From ANME-2 cluster archaeon (GTDB taxonomy: Archaea; Halobacteriota; Methanosarcinia; Methanosarcinales; Methanocomedenaceae), in assembly GCA_019429385.1 (NCBI GenBank), contig JAHYIS010000004.1, forward strand, positions 7,597 to 71,596: a stretch of 64,000 nt of DNA. The letters are read 5' to 3'. Shown in pieces: positions 30,154 to 40,744 of the stretch. Position numbers and translations under genes: made by a program. The notes under the pieces were generated by a model. The model saw nothing but the letters and a program-made list of their open reading frames with translations, was not told the DNA's origin and searched no databases. Position 1 is the first letter of the stretch; every line of letters starts with the position of its first letter.

Positions 30154-30171
30154 TTAATTCACACCAAAAGC

Positions 30172-30342
30172 TCAGTCACAATGCCGGATATCGTGAGAAA
30201 TATAAAGCAGGGAAGGACTTGCCATGGGTGATTCTTCAACGAGGTTTCCCCATTCATCTGCAAAACAATCTATACACATTTCACTTAACTGTGGATGTTC
30301 TTCACCAAGGGGCATATGACACATTTTGCATTCTGAAACCAT
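30172..30342 (-). CDS. Unannotated 56-aa CxxC...CxxC protein
   Basis: MVSECKMCHMPLGEEHPQLSEMCIDCFADEWGNLVEESPMASPSLLYISHDIRHCD; GAAGGT RBS; ends 18 nt before the PRT-GNAT start. Confidence 0.65.
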   Translation of the reverse strand: MVSECKMCHMPLGEEHPQLSEMCIDCFADEWGNLVEESPMASPSLLYISHDIRHCD

Positions 30343-30654
30343 TTATTACAACCTTCAATGTAGTATGACATTTCTGTTTACGAACTATTGAATTATCGTT
30401 TGTAATAATATATATGATTTATCATCATGAATTCCCTGTTTTCATGTATCAGGTATAATCTGATATTTTCTGGTAAATATGACGAAGGGAGGATTTTTCG
30501 AACACAGTATATGCGCAAATCAGCCATTAATCGAAAATGGTTTCGTTGCTTAACTTTTATATAATTTCGCCACACTATGTGTCGTTACGCATCAGGAAAT
30601 GCAGCAAACACAAATAAATCAGATCATTATTTTTCATCTATGGGGCAAAAATCT

Positions 30655-33435
30655 ATGAATCACAATTACAATCCCAAAAAAATCGAGTCGAAATGGCAAA
30701 AACGCTGGGAAGAATCAGGGATATTCACCGTCACCGAGGACACCTCAAAACCAAAGTACTACTGCCTTGAGATGTACCCGTACCCATCAGCAGCACTGCA
30801 TATGGGTCACCTGCGCAACTATGCCATCGGGGACAGCATAGCCAGGTTTAAACGGATGCAGGGATTCAACGTGCTCTATCCCATGGGGTATGATGCCTTC
30901 GGGCTGCCGGCAGAAAATGCTGCCATCAAACAGAAAATCGACCCAGAGACCTGGACCCGCAGCAACATAAAAAACATAAAACGCCAGCAACAGGAGATGG
31001 GCCTGTCCTACGACTGGTCGCGTCAGATACAGAGCCTGGATGAGGATTATTATAAGTGGAACCAGTGGATATTCCTGAAATTATTTGAAAAAGGGCTAAC
31101 GTACCGGGAGAACGCGCTGATAAACTGGTGTCCCGACTGCCGTACCGTGCTTGCTAACGAACAGGTCATTAATAACAGGTGCTGGCGCTGTTCAACCGTG
31201 GTGGAGCAGAAGGAATTGAAACAGTGGTTCTTCAAGATACGGGACTATGCGGATGAACTGCTGGATGGCCTGGAAGACCTGGACTGGCCAGAATCTGTCA
31301 AAATGATGCAGCGCAACTGGATAGGGCGCAGTGAAGGTACCATAATCAGGTTCACCATAGCCGATACAGGCGAGACCATCCCCATTTTCACTACGCGACC
31401 TGATACCGTATTCGGTGTTACCTTCATGGTATTCGCACCCGAGCACCCGAAGATAAAGGAATGGGTCGAGGGTACAAAATACCAGGCCGACTTTGAAGCA
31501 TTCCTGGCCGAGGTCGCGCAGGAAGACAAGTTCCTGAGGATGTCTGCTGATAAGGATAAGAAAGGAATGTTCATCGGCAAGTACGCTATAAACCCGCTGA
31601 CGGGGGATGAAATTCCTGTGTATGTCGGCAATTTCGTGATCTATGAATACGGTGCGGGAGCAGTAATGGCAGTACCAGCCCACGACCAGCGCGATTTCGA
31701 GTTTGCAAAGGTGCACGATATACCCATAAAGATAGTCATCCAGCCTCCTGACAGGGAACTCAACACCGATGAGATGGAAGAAGCCTATATTGACGACGGA
31801 GTACTGGTGAACAGCGGAGAATTTGACGGCACTGGCAACCGGGATGCCATCATCAGGATAAGTGAGAAATTACAGAGCCAGGGGTTGGGCGAGCGCACGG
31901 TCAATTACAAGCTCAGGAACTGGCTTATATCAAGGCAGCGCTACTGGGGTACTCCCATCCCCATCATCTACTGCAACGAATGCGGTACCGTACCTGTACC
32001 CATTGAAGACCTGCCTGTCAGGTTGCCTAAAGATGTAGAATTTACCGGTAGCGGCAACCCGCTGGAAACCTCAAGGAGTTTTTCCGTTGTTACCTGTCCC
32101 GGTTGTGGCGGGCCTGCCCGAAGGGAGACCGATACCATGGACACTTTTGTGGACTCATCCTGGTATTTCTTCAAATACTGCAGTCCTTGTACTGAAACCA
32201 TGCCGTTTGAAAAGGAGGCAGCTTCCTACTGGATGCCGGTAGACCAGTATATCGGTGGTATAGAACATGCTATCCTGCACCTGTTATACGCCAGGTTCTT
32301 TACCAGGGCCATGCGGGATATCGGGCTGACTGAAGTAGACGAACCCTTTGCCAGGTTGCTATGCCAGGGTATGGTGAATAAAGAAACGCCCTACTGTGAG
32401 GTGTGCGGCAGGTTCCTGCCTCCCGGCGAATTCGAGGAACATTCATGCTGTACCTGCGGTAGCAAATACGCTATGAAGAGCGCAAAGATGTCAAAGAGCC
32501 TGGGCAACGTTGTTGACCCCCAGATATTAATGGACAAATACGGGGCTGATTCATCACGTTTTTTCATACTTTTCGGTTCAAATCCCGAACGAGAACTGGA
32601 ATGGTCAGATTCGGGGATCGAGAGTGTGTATAAGTTCCTTGATAAGACATATCGCCTGCTGGTAGAACCGCCTTTTTCCCTGAAAAATGGCATTGATGCC
32701 AGGGACAGCTATATCCGATTCCTGACTCACATGACCATTAAGGAAGCAAACGAGGCCTTTGAGGAGCTCAAACTCAAGGATGTCCTCACAAATATACAGG
32801 CACTGGTTGACGGGATATCTGATTACAATCAGTCTGCGGTCAATGGTGAGATAGTTAACAATGCCAGAAGGGCTATTATGTTACTGTTAAGCCCGATAAC
32901 GCCTCATCTTTGTGAGGAAGCCTGGGAATCTACCGGGAATGAAGGCCTCATCTGCCAGGCCAGATGGCCGAAATGTGATTATGCCGTGGTCAATGAATCA
33001 GAATCCTATAAGTGGAATATGCTTGCCGACCTGGGTGATGACGTAAAGGAGATACTCAAGGTGGCACATATCATATCTCCAGAAAAGATACAGATAATTG
33101 TTGCAGCCGGATGGAAGTTCGAGCTTGCAGCCCTTTTCAGGCAGGAGTTCGCCAGGACAAAGGACAGGGGGCAAATAATGAAAGCCCTGATGTCCACAGA
33201 CCTGAAACGGTATGGGAAACAGGTCAATGTGATACTGGGTAAATACCTGGATGACCCTGCCCTGGCTCCATCTGTTGAAGTGGATGCACGGGTGGAATAT
33301 GATTTCCTGAGAAGCGCCGCTTCTATCTTAACATCTCAGTTCAGTTGCGCAATCGAAATTTCCCGGGAAGAGGACTCAAAAGAGAAGAAAGCTGTAAGTG
33401 CTCTCCCGGGGAGACAATCTATTATAGTGGATTGA
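30655..33435 (+). CDS. leuS: Leucyl-tRNA synthetase (bacterial-type core)
   Basis: MYPYPS..LHMGH, CP1 editing FTTRPDT and [21 protein letters not shown] 30655 preferred. Confidence 0.96.
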   Translation: MNHNYNPKKIESKWQKRWEESGIFTVTEDTSKPKYYCLEMYPYPSAALHMGHLRNYAIGDSIARFKRMQGFNVLYPMGYDAFGLPAENAAIKQKIDPETWTRSNIKNIKRQQQEMGLSYDWSRQIQSLDEDYYKWNQWIFLKLFEKGLTYRENALINWCPDCRTVLANEQVINNRCWRCSTVVEQKELKQWFFKIRDYADELLDGLEDLDWPESVKMMQRNWIGRSEGTIIRFTIADTGETIPIFTTRPDTVFGVTFMVFAPEHPKIKEWVEGTKYQADFEAFLAEVAQEDKFLRMSADKDKKGMFIGKYAINPLTGDEIPVYVGNFVIYEYGAGAVMAVPAHDQRDFEFAKVHDIPIKIVIQPPDRELNTDEMEEAYIDDGVLVNSGEFDGTGNRDAIIRISEKLQSQGLGERTVNYKLRNWLISRQRYWGTPIPIIYCNECGTVPVPIEDLPVRLPKDVEFTGSGNPLETSRSFSVVTCPGCGGPARRETDTMDTFVDSSWYFFKYCSPCTETMPFEKEAASYWMPVDQYIGGIEHAILHLLYARFFTRAMRDIGLTEVDEPFARLLCQGMVNKETPYCEVCGRFLPPGEFEEHSCCTCGSKYAMKSAKMSKSLGNVVDPQILMDKYGADSSRFFILFGSNPERELEWSDSGIESVYKFLDKTYRLLVEPPFSLKNGIDARDSYIRFLTHMTIKEANEAFEELKLKDVLTNIQALVDGISDYNQSAVNGEIVNNARRAIMLLLSPITPHLCEEAWESTGNEGLICQARWPKCDYAVVNESESYKWNMLADLGDDVKEILKVAHIISPEKIQIIVAAGWKFELAALFRQEFARTKDRGQIMKALMSTDLKRYGKQVNVILGKYLDDPALAPSVEVDARVEYDFLRSAASILTSQFSCAIEISREEDSKEKKAVSALPGRQSIIVD

Positions 33436-33500
33436 ATATTTGTATGATTGCCATAAGTAGTTGGAAAAAAGCAGATAGAAATTGTTAGTTGTGTAATTAC

Positions 33501-33965
33501 ATGCCGGAATCACAAATCGAGTTTGAAGTTAAAGCGCCTATTGAATCAGTATGGAGTTTGATGGCTGACCCGGAAATGTCCACACACTGTATCCCAGGAT
33601 TGCTGGAATGCGAGGTCACCGGCCCCAATACAAATCTCTGGATAATGGAATTCCAGATAGGACCATTGATAAAACGGGTCGAGATGAACAGTACGACCAT
33701 AGAAGTTGACCCGCCGTACCGGGGAAAATGGGAAGGAAATGCCAAAGGTATTAAAATGAGCGGGGAAATTGAACTCAAGGAGAATACCAATTCCAGTACC
33801 ATTGTTTTTTACAAATTAAGACTGGAACCTCAAAGCCTGTTCTTGCTGTCCATGATATCCTTTATTGAGCAAAAACTGGACAATGATGTGCGCCAGTATG
33901 CCGAGAATGTCAAGTACCATGTAGAAAAGGACAATTCGTTTGAGAAGAATACTGGTAATGTATAA
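33501..33965 (+). CDS. SRPBCC/CoxG family protein
   Basis: VKAPIESVWSLMADP...CIPG. Confidence 0.75.
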   Translation: MPESQIEFEVKAPIESVWSLMADPEMSTHCIPGLLECEVTGPNTNLWIMEFQIGPLIKRVEMNSTTIEVDPPYRGKWEGNAKGIKMSGEIELKENTNSSTIVFYKLRLEPQSLFLLSMISFIEQKLDNDVRQYAENVKYHVEKDNSFEKNTGNV

Positions 33966-33993
33966 TTATATTAGATAGGTGGTTTGAACAATT

Positions 33994-34446
33994 TTGCTCA
34001 GAAAAGCCAGGGTTGGGGATGTTGCCCAGATCCGTCAGCTGATCAATGTTTATGCGCACCAGGAGGTCATGCTGCCTCGTGCCATCGGAGAGTTATATGA
34101 AAATATCCGGGACTTTTTTGTAATTGAAAAAGAAGACCTTATCGTCGCCTGTGGTGCGCTGCACGTGACCTGGGAAGAGTACGGTGAGATATTGTCACTG
34201 GCAGTGTCCACTACAGAGAAAAGAAAAGGACATGGTTCCAGGATACTTGAGGCATGTTTGAAGGAAGCTCAGGAACTCGGTATCAAGCATCTGGTCACAT
34301 TGACGTATGCACAGGAGTTTTTTGAGCATCACGGGTTCAAGGTTGTGGATAAGTCTACACTTCCCCATAAATTATGGAGCATGTGTGTGAAATGTCCCCG
34401 TTTTCCTGAATGTGATGAAATTGCAATGATAAAAGAACTGGACTGA
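33994..34446 (+). CDS. GNAT N-acetyltransferase (short ArgA-like)
   Basis: LRKA...MLPR..ELYENIRDF, EILSLAV, LTY..FF, LPHKLW..CVKC. Confidence 0.88.
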   Translation: MLRKARVGDVAQIRQLINVYAHQEVMLPRAIGELYENIRDFFVIEKEDLIVACGALHVTWEEYGEILSLAVSTTEKRKGHGSRILEACLKEAQELGIKHLVTLTYAQEFFEHHGFKVVDKSTLPHKLWSMCVKCPRFPECDEIAMIKELD

Positions 34447-34509
34447 GTTCACTGGTATCCTTATCTCACCGGTATTCTTTGCAGTAACTATTATGTTCAT
34501 TGCTGTTCA

Positions 34510-35307
34510 TTGTGTTTTATGGACACTATGCCAGATTTTAACCCGGAAGATGCTGCAAAGAAGATCACCAATTTCATCAAAGCGTATGTGAAAAAATCCG
34601 GCACAAAGGGTGCTGTTATCGGACTTAGCGGAGGTATAGATTCTGCTGTTACCACGTACCTGGCTGTAAAAGCACTGGGCAGGCAAAATGTGCTTGCACT
34701 AATCATGCCTGAAAGAAGCCTGACACCTCCTGAAGATGTACTTGATGCCACTGATGTGGCAAATATCCTGAACATCGAATTTTCAGTAATGGATATATCT
34801 GAAACACTTAATTCATTCATCATCTCAATACCTGAATTTGTGGAGGATGACAGGATGTCAGCGGGTAACCTGAAAGCCAGAATCAGGATGTGTACCCTGT
34901 ATTACTATGCAAACATGATGAACCGCATTGTGATAGGTACAGGCAACAGGACAGAACTGCTCCTGGGGTATTTTACTAAATACGGAGACGGTGGAGTGGA
35001 TATTGAACCGATTGGAAACCTGTTCAAGTCGCAGGTCAGGAAACTGGCAGTTTACCTGGATGTACCCAAACACATCATAGACAAACCGCCTACTGCGGGA
35101 CTGTGGCCCGGGCAGACAGATGAGAAGGATTTGGGCCTGACCTATGAAGAGATTGATAATGTACTGGTTGCACTGCTGGACCAAAAAGAATCTTTTGAAT
35201 TCGTGGTGAACCGGTATGGAATAGATGAAAAGGTAATTTCAGGGATGCTTGCGCGGATCGAGCGAAATATTCACAAACGCCGGGTTGCTCCCACACCACC
35301 GAAATAG
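34510..35307 (+). CDS. nadE: NH3-dependent NAD+ synthetase
   Basis: GLSGGIDS, NLKARIRM, GYFTKYGDG, PPTAGLW.GQTDE; start may be a nearby downstream ATG. Confidence 0.96.
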   Translation: MCFMDTMPDFNPEDAAKKITNFIKAYVKKSGTKGAVIGLSGGIDSAVTTYLAVKALGRQNVLALIMPERSLTPPEDVLDATDVANILNIEFSVMDISETLNSFIISIPEFVEDDRMSAGNLKARIRMCTLYYYANMMNRIVIGTGNRTELLLGYFTKYGDGGVDIEPIGNLFKSQVRKLAVYLDVPKHIIDKPPTAGLWPGQTDEKDLGLTYEEIDNVLVALLDQKESFEFVVNRYGIDEKVISGMLARIERNIHKRRVAPTPPK

Positions 35308-35322
35308 AAAAGATAATAAATA

Positions 35323-36315
35323 ATGGGTGGCATAATCATCATCATTATGTCTGGAAAAACGCCGTTGTGGATATATTCAATTGTATTTTTATTACTGCTG
35401 TTCTTGTTACCTGTTTGTGCAGCTGAAATGACATACACGTTTGATGTTAACAAGGACGGTGGAGCATGGTATGTAATAGAATATCGTACGCTTCTGGATT
35501 CACAGGCAAGGGTGGATGAGTTCAACAGTTTCAAAGGTATGGTCGAAGGCAACACAACGTTTAAAACTGAATTTGAATCAAATATGCGCAATATTGTCTC
35601 ACAGGCAGGGGTTGCCACATCAAGACCTATGACTGCAAGTGATTTTGATGTTTTGGTAAGTGTTCAGAACACGGCTACCGGTAATTACGGCATTGTGCGT
35701 TCTTCTTTTAAGTGGAGCCATCTGGCAGAGGTTTCCGGTTCTTCAATTAAACTGGGTGATGTGTTCTTTGGCGGGCAGTATATTTCCAATGACGATACTT
35801 TTATTGTGAAAATACCTGATGGGTATAAGCTCTCAGGGGCTACTCCTGAACCTGATGTCAGGCGTAAGGATGAACTGATATGGAACGGACCACGGACATT
35901 TAATTCGGGTGAACCCACGGTTACTTTTGCGAAAGGGACATCCTGGCTGGTTATAGCAGGGATTCTGGTCATACTAGGCGCCGGAGCATTTTTCATCTTA
36001 AAAAAAAAAGATTACACCGGTAGTAGCAATGCCAAACGGCCCGGTAAAGTGAGTAAAGCCGAACCATCCGGAACCACACAGTCTGAGCGCCCGGGGTCGT
36101 CCGGAAGTACGGGCATGGTTCCAGGTCTTGAATCCGATGAGGATATTATTATATCCATGCTCAAGGAACGTGGTGGTGCTATGATGCAGTCCAGTATTGT
36201 GAATAATAGTGGTTTTTCTAAATCAAAAACCAGTTCCCTGTTGAATAAGATGGCTGAGGATGGATTGATACAGCGGGTCAGGAAGGGAAGGGAGAATCTG
36301 GTCCGACTCGTCTGA
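35323..36315 (+). CDS. Membrane-anchored regulator: extracellular domain, TM, C-terminal winged HTH
   Basis: Signal peptide, TM near aa 208-226, GGAMMQSSIV..SGFSKSKTS.LL..M..G.I.R.RKGREN. Confidence 0.82.
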   Translation: MGGIIIIIMSGKTPLWIYSIVFLLLLFLLPVCAAEMTYTFDVNKDGGAWYVIEYRTLLDSQARVDEFNSFKGMVEGNTTFKTEFESNMRNIVSQAGVATSRPMTASDFDVLVSVQNTATGNYGIVRSSFKWSHLAEVSGSSIKLGDVFFGGQYISNDDTFIVKIPDGYKLSGATPEPDVRRKDELIWNGPRTFNSGEPTVTFAKGTSWLVIAGILVILGAGAFFILKKKDYTGSSNAKRPGKVSKAEPSGTTQSERPGSSGSTGMVPGLESDEDIIISMLKERGGAMMQSSIVNNSGFSKSKTSSLLNKMAEDGLIQRVRKGRENLVRLV

Positions 36316-36428
36316 ATTATTGTATTTCATAGACAAAACTGTTCTGGCTGTGATAGTGTCTGGATTTTAGAATTTAATGGATGTATACAGCTTTTCTATT
36401 GGGAGTGATACATCAACTGTGGGGCAGT

Positions 36429-36682
36429 ATGAATACAACAGAAGATTTGATCAGTATCATCAAAGAATCTTATCGAAGTAATAGTACTCATTTTAAAAAT
36501 AATTTCGTCCCGTCTATTGAGGAAGGGATTCATGAAGGGGTCACAAAGGGAATTGAGAACGGGTAAAAGAAGGAATTCTGGATGGTCTCGATGAATGTTT
36601 TGATATGGGATTTTTAACAATCAAGCGTAAAGCTCCCAAGGAATTAACCGAGATACTATCCATGGTCGGTATTTCAAAATGA
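36429..36682 (+). pseudogene. Frameshifted small gene or fragment with G-x-x-E/K-G repeats
   Basis: EEGIHEGVTKGIENG continues as VKEGILDGLDE after a 1-nt frameshift near 36563. Confidence 0.45.
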
Positions 36683-36818
36683 AAATACCGGAAATATTGA
36701 TTTTGAATAAAAGTAAACAGCCGGACCTGCACCGGATTTATCCCCTCAGACTAAATTATTGGCAGTCCGGCTGGCTTCATTGTGGTTGGATTTAATTGTT
36801 CACGTTAACCTTTGAGTC

Positions 36819-37862
36819 CTATGAATTATCATCTGACGAATCGTCATCTTTTTCTTCATGGTCTTCTTTTGTGTCGTCACTGTAGTTTTTGTCATCGTTT
36901 TTGTATTCATCTTCATCACCTTCATCATCACTGTCATCGGATTCGTCTTCATCGTCTGATTCATCCTTATCGTCAGATTGATAGTGGTCAGATTCTTTTA
37001 GGTCATCCTTCAGCTCATCTACCAGGTCATCAGCCTGTTCTGCCAGTTCTTTTGCATTCTCATATTCACCGGCATCAAAAGCTGTTTGGGCTTGCGCAAG
37101 CAGATCTTTAATCTCATTCACTGTGCTGTTAACCGGAGTGACATTCATAGCGTTATACTTTTTTAGAGTTTTGTTCAGGTCGTTTTTCGTATCTCGTATT
37201 TCTTCGAGTGCCTTCTTTCGCTGTTTCTCTGTTATGCCCAGTCCATCCTTGATTTTGTCCTCGACCTCGTCACCGTCTTTTCCAGACTCTGTTTTGATCT
37301 TTATCTTGGTCTTACTCTTTTCGTTCTCAATCTCTATCTTGACTTCTCCGGTCTGGCCTTCAAGGCTTGCAAGAATGGAATTTATCATTTCCTGCTGTTG
37401 AGCAGTGATATTCCCTTTAACCTTGATATCGATTTTTAATCCGTCCTTTACTACCTTTATCTTATTACTGTGCTCATCGACCTTTTGCTTGACTTTGATC
37501 TCTTTTTCCAGCTTTTTCTCGGAATCGCCGTTCTCAATATTTTTCACATCTGTTTTGAGTTTGCGGAGAATTTCACCATGTCTGTCAGCAGCTTTTTTCA
37601 TAGCTTTGACATCACCCTTCTCAGCCATTGCTTTTGCTTCAGCAAGGCGTTCCTCGGCAATCTCCAGTTGTTTTTCAATCTTGTCATCATGGTTCAGGGT
37701 CATGGCGAGTGCCAGGTTGTCGGTTGCAACATCCAGGAAATATAATACACTATCCGGTGTCGTACCCGGGTCAGTCAATGGGGTTTCATTCTCTTCTGCC
37801 ATTGCCGGTACTGACAATAACATCAGCACCATGGCGATTATACTTACAATCCGTAATTTCAT
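36819..37862 (-). CDS. Secreted DUF5667-like coiled-coil protein with highly acidic tail
   Basis: Signal peptide, PGTTPDSVLYFLD...AEERLAEA, D/E-rich C-terminus; GGAGG RBS before MKLRIV. Confidence 0.8.
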   Translation of the reverse strand: MKLRIVSIIAMVLMLLSVPAMAEENETPLTDPGTTPDSVLYFLDVATDNLALAMTLNHDDKIEKQLEIAEERLAEAKAMAEKGDVKAMKKAADRHGEILRKLKTDVKNIENGDSEKKLEKEIKVKQKVDEHSNKIKVVKDGLKIDIKVKGNITAQQQEMINSILASLEGQTGEVKIEIENEKSKTKIKIKTESGKDGDEVEDKIKDGLGITEKQRKKALEEIRDTKNDLNKTLKKYNAMNVTPVNSTVNEIKDLLAQAQTAFDAGEYENAKELAEQADDLVDELKDDLKESDHYQSDDKDESDDEDESDDSDDEGDEDEYKNDDKNYSDDTKEDHEEKDDDSSDDNS

Positions 37863-37982
37863 TATTAGTTCCTCCAAGGATTTTACTTGTATTGTTATTG
37901 GGTCATTTGTACCCGGATTTATTTAGTACTTTCATGTAACAGAGGGAAACCAGCCTGAAACAAGGTGAAACAAACAATAGCT

Positions 37983-38225
37983 GATACAAAACCGAAACAA
38001 AGTGCAGTAAGACAGAACAAGGGAAAACAACTAAAAGGAGATACAAATCCGGAGCGAGGTGAGGTAAGACACAACATGATGAAACAAACAAAAGGAGATA
38101 CAAACCTGAAGCGAGGTGAGGTAAGACACAACATGATGAAACAAACAAAAGGAGATACAAACCTGAAGCGAGGTGAGGTAAGACACAACATGATGAAACA
38201 AACAAAACGGGATGCAAACCTTGAG
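37983..38225. repeat. 57-bp tandem repeat, about 4 units (first degenerate)
   Basis: GATACAAA anchors at 37983, 38040, 38097, 38154 and 38211 (GATGCAAA); followed by GTAAA pentamer repeats to about 38253. Confidence 0.9.
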
Positions 38226-38284
38226 TGAAGTAAGGTAAAGTAAAGTAAAGTAAATGAAGGAAAAAACGAATCGGGTTCTATTTG

Positions 38285-39226
38285 TTATTTATCAGCCAGA
38301 TTCAAATCTTCCTGTTCTGTAACAAGGTGTATCTTGTTGGTATTACCCCATGCTTCCTTCCTGATAACGCCCCGCTTTTCCAGACTCTGTAACACCCTGC
38401 TCACTTTGACCTTGGAAAAACCGCTTCCCACCTGTATCTGCTTCTGCCACATTACATGGCCGTCAGCCTTTTCCAGCAGGTCAACGACCACCTTTTCATG
38501 TTCCACCAGTGCCGGGTAGCTCACTGTTACGGCCGTATCTTCCCGTCCCCTCTTTTTATAATAATTTCGATACCCTGCACCGAACAGGATCAACAATGAC
38601 AGTGTTCCAATAAGCAACGGGATAGCAGAACCCGAGGCACTGGTGGGTTCCATCATGACAGATATCTCAAAAACACTGTCCACATTCCTCTGTTCCCAAA
38701 GCAGGATTATCCGTTGCCCGTCAGAATAGATAGATCCTGGTTCCGGGTGGATAAAAAAAGATACCTCTTTTTCATCAGGAATAATGTATCCAACAGGCAG
38801 TTTTAGAATATAGTTGAATTTTGAAGTATTGTATGATGGAATGAATTCTGAATTGTACATTACCTTGTCCTGAAGTTCAAAAATCGGGTAGTCAGTATGG
38901 TACGTTATAGTAATGAAATGTTTTTTTAAAGAGTTATCCGGAAGCTTGATTGTCAGCATTGAATATCCCTTCTTTTCATCCAGTACGTAGTTGCTCCTGT
39001 TCTCATCAATGAACACCTGAAGTCTTTCAGTTCTTGGAGGTAAGTTCAGGATAATTTCCTCTACAGTTCCCGACATGCTCAACAGGGCATTGATCTCATG
39101 GAATGAATCTTCCGGGTCCATCACAACGGTATGGGTATAGGTGTCAAAAATAACGTCCCCGGAAGCATGAACCGGGCCTGTAAGAAGTACAATAAGCGCG
39201 AAATAAAATAAGATATTGTATCTCAT
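38285..39226 (-). CDS. Membrane-anchored regulator with C-terminal winged HTH (same architecture as 35323-36315)
   Basis: Signal peptide, TM, MWQKQIQ..SGFSKVKVSRVL..LEKRGVI.KE.WGNTN. Confidence 0.82.
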   Translation of the reverse strand: MRYNILFYFALIVLLTGPVHASGDVIFDTYTHTVVMDPEDSFHEINALLSMSGTVEEIILNLPPRTERLQVFIDENRSNYVLDEKKGYSMLTIKLPDNSLKKHFITITYHTDYPIFELQDKVMYNSEFIPSYNTSKFNYILKLPVGYIIPDEKEVSFFIHPEPGSIYSDGQRIILLWEQRNVDSVFEISVMMEPTSASGSAIPLLIGTLSLLILFGAGYRNYYKKRGREDTAVTVSYPALVEHEKVVVDLLEKADGHVMWQKQIQVGSGFSKVKVSRVLQSLEKRGVIRKEAWGNTNKIHLVTEQEDLNLADK

Positions 39227-39284
39227 ATAACTTGATTCATTATCATATGGGATACAATATAATGTTTCTGGCCATAATTACCTG

Positions 39285-40466
39285 TTATTTCAAAATGTCC
39301 CTGTACGGGTATTTTGACCTGGACCCTTCCGGGATATGGTCCAGGTTGATGAGGAACTGTGGATCCTGCATCATGCACAGATTCCTGCGTTCCTTGAAAT
39401 CCTTCAGTGACCGAACCGTTTTCCATGCGCCTGACAGTCCATTTTCATCCAATATATTCCCGAACTCAAAGGGCATGTAAGGACATGCTTTTACTCCCCC
39501 ATCCACGCAAACATGTGCCCAGCGCCTTCCTGCCATGCAGCCCAGCATCTCACCTTCAAAGAAGGAGTTTGCGAATACCCTGGGACCGGGGGCAGGCTGG
39601 TTGAGAGTACGGTGCATATCCAGTATCGTTTGCCTGTCCTCTTCTGATATCACCGGGTCACCGGGGCGTTTGGCCACGCTTTCCCAGATACTGAACTCGT
39701 GCACGCCCAGCTCTTTTGCCAGTTCGTACAGACCCGGGAGTTCATGCATGCGGTCCGGTGAGATGTGGGTGGTCATGGTAACCAGCAGTCCGGCATCCAG
39801 GCCCATCTTGATGGCATCAATGGCCCACGTATATGCACCTTCCAGCCGCCTGGTCCGGTCATGTTTGGCCGGATCCGTGCTGTAAATACTTATGAGCAGG
39901 TTATGAAGTCCTGCATCCCTGAGACGGGCTGCTTTTTCCGGCGTCATCTCTGTGCCCGGTGTGAATATATTGACGATGGCCTTATCCTTGTCCACATACT
40001 CAACCAGTTCGAAGATATCATCCCGCAACATAGGGTCACCTTCGGTGAAGGTGATAATAAATGCGCCCATGTCCAGTGCCTGGTCGATGATACCTTTTAT
40101 CTGGTCAGTGGTCATCTCGCCAGTTCCCTCGCTGACCGTGCAGTGCTCACAGTTGCACTTGCACTCCCTGGTTATCTCGATAGATACGGTTTCAGGTACG
40201 TACTTTCCCAGTGCGCAGCTCACTTCAGCCCGTATCAGCCTGTTGAACACCTTACCCGGTATGGGCGGGAGCCAGGTGGATGCGATGAGCGAATCTTCAT
40301 CGACCCGGGCAGGTTTCTCTTCCCGCAGCCGTTCATTGATGCGGTTCAGGGCGGGGCCGCAGGCTATGCTCAAAGGTCCTGTGGCCGTGAGCCGCATACC
40401 TCCGGCAGTTTCCATGTCTACGCTCAGGCCGGGTATTGTGAGTACATTGATATTTTCATGTTCCAT
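39285..40466 (-). CDS. Radical SAM protein with SPASM/twitch domain
   Basis: CKCNCEHC, TEGDPMLR, GCMAGRRW...ACPY. Confidence 0.88.
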   Translation of the reverse strand: MEHENINVLTIPGLSVDMETAGGMRLTATGPLSIACGPALNRINERLREEKPARVDEDSLIASTWLPPIPGKVFNRLIRAEVSCALGKYVPETVSIEITRECKCNCEHCTVSEGTGEMTTDQIKGIIDQALDMGAFIITFTEGDPMLRDDIFELVEYVDKDKAIVNIFTPGTEMTPEKAARLRDAGLHNLLISIYSTDPAKHDRTRRLEGAYTWAIDAIKMGLDAGLLVTMTTHISPDRMHELPGLYELAKELGVHEFSIWESVAKRPGDPVISEEDRQTILDMHRTLNQPAPGPRVFANSFFEGEMLGCMAGRRWAHVCVDGGVKACPYMPFEFGNILDENGLSGAWKTVRSLKDFKERRNLCMMQDPQFLINLDHIPEGSRSKYPYRDILK

Positions 40467-40744
40467 GTTGTTGAACTAATATGTTGAAGGAACAATAATC
40501 TTTGTGTCTTCATGTTGTCTAAAATTTTCCAGGTCTGGAGATGGAAAAGAGATTTGTATCAGCATTGCCAATAAATCCATTCTGTCTGATTGACTCGATC
40601 ATAAAAAGGTATCATGTATGTACTACGAAAATATCCTCCCTTCGGCCCGATTAGCTCGAGTATACAAAGTTATACTTTATGTACTATGAAAAAACTGATG
40701 TAGGATGTTTATAAATGCATACGAAATAGTGCTGGTGGATTATC

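Noticed and set aside
30316..30330. CxxCH heme-binding motif (CKMCH) in the 56-aa protein
   Set aside because: No signal peptide, and a second CxxC makes a cytoplasmic Zn site more plausible than a c-type cytochrome.
37903..38228. ORFs over the 57-bp repeat
   Set aside because: By-products of a repeat length divisible by 3; no convincing RBS.
39285..40466. Second RiPP maturase
   Set aside because: No RRE-like domain or adjacent precursor peptide was found.
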